From Macrostomum lignano (Eukaryota): a DNA stretch of 64,000 nt. Under the pieces are notes generated by a model, which was given only the letters and a program-made list of their open reading frames with translations, searched no databases and was not told the DNA's origin. A program made the translations under genes and the position numbers. The DNA is taken from assembly GCA_002269645.1 (NCBI GenBank), contig NIVC01000630.1, positions 310,001 through 374,000 of the forward strand, given 5' to 3'. Shown piece by piece: positions 58,626 through 64,000 of the stretch (position 1 is the stretch's first letter; every line of letters starts with the position of its first letter).

Positions 58626-59139
58626 TTGAGTTAACTCAGCTATTAACATCCCTGCAATGAATACAAATCCGCAATGCTATACTTTATTAAACAAAATATT
58701 AAGACTTTCTACTAAGGCTGGAGAAAAGCATTATAAACAGAAAAAATCATCATAAGTGATATAAACAGTAGTGCAATATTAGCAGTAAATTACAGTCACC
58801 AAATATAAATTTAGTTTAAAGAATTGTCACACTTAAACAAAAATTAATTAATAATAGTTAAACAACAATAAACAATAAGTCGATATATTAACATTATAAC
58901 GCAAAAACAAGACTACGAAACAATTGATTTTGCTTTACAAAAAGATAAAGCACGGTTTAGAAGCCTACAAGTAACAAATAATAAGAATGATATTTATTTA
59001 AGATCGCGAGTTGACTATTGTAGTAGGCAGAGAATCCCCAGAGACATGAAAACAACTTGATTTAGCCACTCGGCACATGTGCGCGTAAGCTACTTTCAGT
59101 ACAGTAGAAAAGCATTTATTCAAAGACACTTTATTATGG

Positions 59140-59485
59140 TTCCCTTACCCCCGCCGCGTCGTTCCACACAAAAACTCTACCCCCGCCCCTATTCCCCCAA
59201 ATTTTTATCGCCTTCCTCGGTTCCTGGCCAAAGCTACTGCTATGTACATTTTTAGTGCTCCCACTCCCACCCACAACTGTACCCCTTCGGTCGCATCGTT
59301 CCACCCAAAATCTCTACCCCCGCCCAATTTTTATTGCCTTCACTGTTTCAGCCCAAAACCGTTATCTACTGTACATTTCAGTGCCCCGCCTAGCTAAACC
59401 CCTCCGGTGGCGTACAGAATCTCTACCCCCCAATTTTTATTGCCTTCCTCTGTGTTCCCGCCTAAAACTATAATGTACATTCTCA
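59140..59485. repeat. Three diverged ~120-bp tandem copies
   Basis: Shared CTCTACCCCC...AATTTTTAT(C/T)GCCTTC...TGTACATT. Confidence 0.7.
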
Positions 59486-59743
59486 ATGGCCGTGGCTAAA
59501 TGTATATTATGACTGAAGCTAAATAGCAAGTTGTTTATTCACGTCTATCAAGCCATTTAACTGCCTTTTTTCTTCATTTTATTCTTCATTTTTACTGAAC
59601 TGAATGTAGACAACTGTTTACTAAGCATTATATGCCTCAGAGGCCGAACCAGTTATTTTAGGATCTGTGGTTATGTTTATGATGAGAGCAGTTAATAACA
59701 ACGTTGCTTAGATTACAGTCTCGAGGCTCGTCGATTTAAACTT

Positions 59744-62700
59744 TCACTTCTTGCCAGACAGCCAGATCTGCACTAGATGTGTCTGTTTAGTTAAAAACAG
59801 ATCCGGATACAGTCGAATCGCATTGGCATTATCCGAGCCGCTATTATAGTGCTGCAAACACTTATCAACTATTTTACTAGCCGAATTGCCGACGCATTTG
59901 TCCTCCTCGGTGACTAGCTTTTTCAATGAGCGCCAAAGTTGCAGTACGCGAAGGTAGCGACGCTGCTGGCCAACAACTCGTTCGAGTTTTGAGAACAGCT
60001 GCCTGCGCATGTTGGTTAGAATGCCCCGGCCGGATAGGTCCGGCGGTGATAGGCTGCTGCCTGTGTCTGTGTGGTAGGGGTGCAATGAATAACACATTTA
60101 AGCTAGCATATTCTCGAATTAGTAACGAATAAGTAAACCTTTCTTCTATCTACTATAATAAATGTAAAATTGTGCAAAGTTGATGTGATAGATAAACAGG
60201 GGTGGATAGAATCTATAGGATAGAATATAGACGGCTAAATAGAATCTAAGATAGTTTTTAGTCCTCAGACGGTCAGTTAAAAAAAGCAAGCAACAGACAA
60301 AGCCCCGCTCACCAAAGAAGAAGATAACCAAAGTGAGAAAGATGACGAATTCTTCCTCTTTGAGCCGGAGCTCAACCAGATCCTTAGTGAACTCGAACGA
60401 CAGCCTGACAAACTCTTCGCCGTACAAGAAATGAGCCTTCATATCGGCCAGACTGAGACTGCGATCTTGCACTAGCAGGTAGCAGGCAGGCGACACCACC
60501 CAAAATTGGGAGTGGATCAGAATGGCGGCAGCTTTGAAACAGTTCAACACAATCTGGCAGCGATCCGCGGTTGACAATGATTGAAATTCTCCAAATTTAA
60601 TAGCAAAATCGCACACCTTGGACAGGATAAAGTTCATTCGGAAAACGTACAGATTCCACAAATAGTCGCGAAAATTCTCGGTCGAGTCCATCTGAGGTGG
60701 AGTGTTTTTCAAGTCCTGCGACGATTGCACAATCTCCTGCAGCATGTCCGGGCCGAATACGATTTTAAAGTACAATTGCAACTGTTCAACAATGGACGTT
60801 GGCGAATAGCCAAACGGTACAAGATTCCTAGCCGTCCGCCCGGATGCCATAATCTCCAAGGAGATCTTCACTAATTCGCGACAGAGTCTATCTCTGGCCT
60901 GACGCCTTCGAAGCACCGAGTCCAACACGGGATCTTCCAATTGTTGAATCATTTCGCTGAGCAAATCGCGGCAGTACTCTCGTTGAACTGGTAGGATTTT
61001 AAAGTCCTCGTCGGCTATTGAGTGACACTGGCGAGTTAGTTGAGTTCGAGTTTGAGACCGACTGGCTGTCACAGCTGGAGTTGATGCAGATTGAGGCTGC
61101 TGAGTACCTTGGGGAGCAAGCTTAATCATTGTGGCAGATGGCAACTGAGGTTGTTTCTGCTGCTGCTGCTGCTGCTGACGCTGACCATAAGACGCCTGTT
61201 CAACATCAGAATCTGTGTCGGATTCATTACGGACAACCTCTTCGTGAACAACCTCGGAGGCGACAACAACGGATGCATCTTGTTGCTGTTGTTGTTGCTG
61301 CTGTTGTTGCTGCTGCTTGTTACCTGATAGATTTCCCGAAACTCGAATTAGCTGGGCGCAGAACTGGGCCCGACCAGCCGGGTTTCGCTGTTCAACTGAT
61401 CGCAACACAGCCGGTGACAATTGGCGAATCAGCTGACCAATCGAGTCGCGTGTTCGATTTCCGCCAGCCAATTGCTGGCACTGATCAATGAGAGACGATT
61501 TCAACTGTTGAAACTCTTCGCTAGAGGCTGCAGGCTGCTGCGTTGTCAGATCGCGGATGATCTCAATGGCTGGCGGAGATGCTACACCAACAGTTGAAGC
61601 GCTGCTTGACGATGGAACAGCGAAACTGCTGGCACTGGCTGGCTGATGCGGCGACGTCTTGAGTACTACTCGACGGTGAAGGACCTGAGTGTTGGGTTGA
61701 ATGGTAATTATATTTACAGCATATGAATGAATACTTTTTGAACTAAAACTCTCTCCCATGGTCCCTTGGTTTCCAACATCAGCCTCTCCCATGGTCCCTT
61801 AGTTTCCAACATCAGCCTCTCCCATGGTCCCTTAGTTTCCAACATCAGCCTCTCCCATGGTCCCTTAGTTTCCAACATCAGCCTCTCCCATGGTCCCTTA
61901 GTTTCCAACATCAGCCTCTCCCATGGTCCCTTAGTTTCCAACATCAGCCTCTCCCATGGTCCCTTAGTTTCCAACATCAGCCTCTCCCATGGTCCCTTAG
62001 TTTCCAACATCAGCCTCTCCCATGGTTCCCTAGTTTCCAACATCAGCCTCTCCCATGGTCCCTTAGTTTCCAACATCAGCCTCTCCCATGGTCCCTTAGT
62101 TTCCAACATCAGCCTCTCCCATGGTCCCTTAGTTTCCAACATCAGCCTCTCCCATGGTTCCCTAGTTTCCAACATCAGCCTCTCCCATGGTCCCTTAGTT
62201 TCCAACATCAGCCTCTCCCATGGTCCCTTAGTTTCCAACATCAGCCTCTCCCATGGTCCCTTAGTTTCCAACATCAGCCTCTCCCATGGTCCTTTAGTTT
62301 CCAACATCAGCCTCTCCCACGGTCCTTTAGTTTCCAACATCAGCCTCTCCCACCGGTCCTTTAGTTTCCAACATCAGCCTCTTCCATGGTCCTTTAGTTT
62401 CCAACATCAGCCTCTCCCACGGTCCTTTAGTTTCCAACATCAGCCTCTCCCACGGTCCTTTAGTTTCCAACATCAGCCTCTCCCATGGTCCTTTAGTTTC
62501 CAACATCAGCCTCTCCCATGGTCCCTTAGTTTCCAACATCAGCCTCTCCCATAGTCCCTTAGTTTCCAACATCAGCCTCTCCCATGGTCCCTTTGTTTCC
62601 AACATCAGTCTCTCCCATAGTCCCTTAGTTTCCAACATCAGCCTCTCCCATGGTCCCTTAGTTTCCAACATCAGCCTCTCCCATAGTCCCTTAGTTTCCA

Positions 62701-64000
62701 ACATCAGCCTCTCCCATGGTCCCTTAGTTTCCAACATCAGCCTCTCCCATGGTCCCTTTGTTTCCAACATCAACCTCTCCCATGGTCCTTTAGTTTCCAA
62801 CATCAGTCTCTCCCATGGTCCCTTAGTTTCCAACATTAGCATCTCCCATGGTTCCCTAGTTTCCAACATCCGCCTCTCCCTTAGTCTTCCAGCTCAGCCA
62901 CCTTATTTACTATCAGTCCCCAAATCTGCCACTCGATTGTCTTTTATTCCTTTTATTCCCTGTAGTCCTAATTATTGCGCAATGTTTTAAAGTCGAATGC
63001 ATTTTATTAGACAGCTATTAGCTACGCTCTTTCATATTTAGAAGCTAAAAACTCACTCTGTCCTCAGCCCTAGCCTGTTGCAAGGCCTCCTGCAGCTGCA
63101 AATCCGACAGCGCCCTGGCCCTATTAAGCGAATCATCGCCTACGGCTACTGTTGTCTCAGTCTGAGCAGCCAGCGGTCTACGCCCCAGTTTGCACGACTC
63201 TCGGCTCATGCCAACAGCCAGGCACTTGCGCAATCGACAGGCTTTACAATCCGACCGATTATTCGGCGTCACGTCGCACTGATTGCCGCCGCGTACGCAG
63301 ACTAGACGCGTCGGAGGCGACAACGAGCCGCCGACGTCCGACACAGACGATTGCTGATTATTAGCCAGAGCTCGTTTGAAAAAATTCCGACAACTTTCGC
63401 AGGCGTGCACGCCGTAGTGCAAATTAACTCGACGATTAGTGCCGCACACCGAGCAGCAAACAGTTGAAGAATTTGTCGCCGAAGAATTCGACGCTGTCGG
63501 AGTCCAAGTAGACGATGTCGGCGATAAGGATGAAGCTGTGGAAGCGGCTGCAACCGACAACAGTTGGCCAACGATGGCATCTTCGTCATCAACATCTTCA
63601 TTGTCATCGTCAAGAACCTCATCGTCGACAATAACATCGTCGTCCATCTGGCCGCCAATGCTGATCGAAGTCGCTGCTGCTGATGTCGGCGATACGACCA
63701 CTGTGGTTGTTGGCGAAGTAGCCGACGGTCTAGCGAGTCGCACGGTGACAGTCCGCCTAGGATTCGATGGCAGGCTTTTAACAACGGCGCCGTTCTTGGC
63801 CGTTGTGGACGACGAAGCGTTGGTTAGCAGAACGTCCTGGCTGTTGTTTTCAACAACTGACCGACGACTGCGGCTGCCACCACTGCGCTGCTGCCTAGCA
63901 ACTCCAAGCACATCGGCAAGAACGTCGTCTTCATGATCATCATCTTTGACGCTATTATCGTCGGTAGAATTATGATTGCCGACAATGATTTCGGCTGGCA
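59744..64000 (-). CDS. Divergent nuclear hormone receptor (C4 DBD and LBD), 5'-partial, >878 aa
   Basis: Exons >64000-63057, 61684-60313, 60066-59744 (phases 0 and 1 consistent). DBD CSVC...HYGVHACESCRNFFKR...CVRGGNQCDVTPNNRSDCKACRLRKCLAVGM; LBD signature DFAIKFGEFQSLSTADRCQIVL; frame open to the window edge. Confidence 0.92.
61750..62880. repeat. 33-bp minisatellite, nuclear receptor intron
   Basis: Unit TTAGTTTCCAACATCAGCCTCTCCCATGGTCCC. Confidence 0.97.

Noticed and set aside
63455-64000. Possibility of a flatworm-type two-DBD nuclear receptor
   Set aside because: The ~180 aa upstream of the DBD are low-complexity with no second C4 module; only sequence beyond the window could change this.

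Overview
Eukaryotic (metazoan) genomic DNA with spliced genes, about 40% tandem repeat by my rough tally. The intron-resident minisatellites and polyQ/polyA-rich proteins suggest a repeat-rich invertebrate; a Macrostomum-like flatworm is my unverified guess. Bases 1-10113 are a transposon cluster: a decayed RNase H-bearing non-LTR retrotransposon, a 3.5-kb CCC-terminated TIR element, and a CpG-decayed mariner with a second CCC-terminated element nested in it. Four protein-coding genes were reconstructed exon by exon with phase-consistent GT-AG junctions: PSD/EFA6 ARF-GEF (+, 11462-22764), BRSK/SAD-1 kinase (+, 27932-48721), a GLIS1/3 zinc-finger factor (-, 51728-54924) and a divergent nuclear receptor (-, 59744 to beyond 64000). 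Nearly every long intron carries its own minisatellite. The most notable observations are: (1) a 1.7-kb higher-order satellite of about 23 head-to-tail tRNA-like monomers with A/B boxes, just after the PSD stop; (2) an antisense CORE-SINE in GLIS carrying a complete stop-containing cryptic exon; (3) in the 13.8-kb BRSK intron 5, complementary (GACA)n/(TCTG)n tracts enclosing arrays of decoy splice sites, one being a tandem 9-nt microexon-like cassette; (4) a nuclear receptor with a non-canonical CESCRN P-box. No CRISPR, rRNA or intact tRNA genes were seen. Repeat boundaries are approximate (about +/-20 bp), and all functional claims are untested inference.
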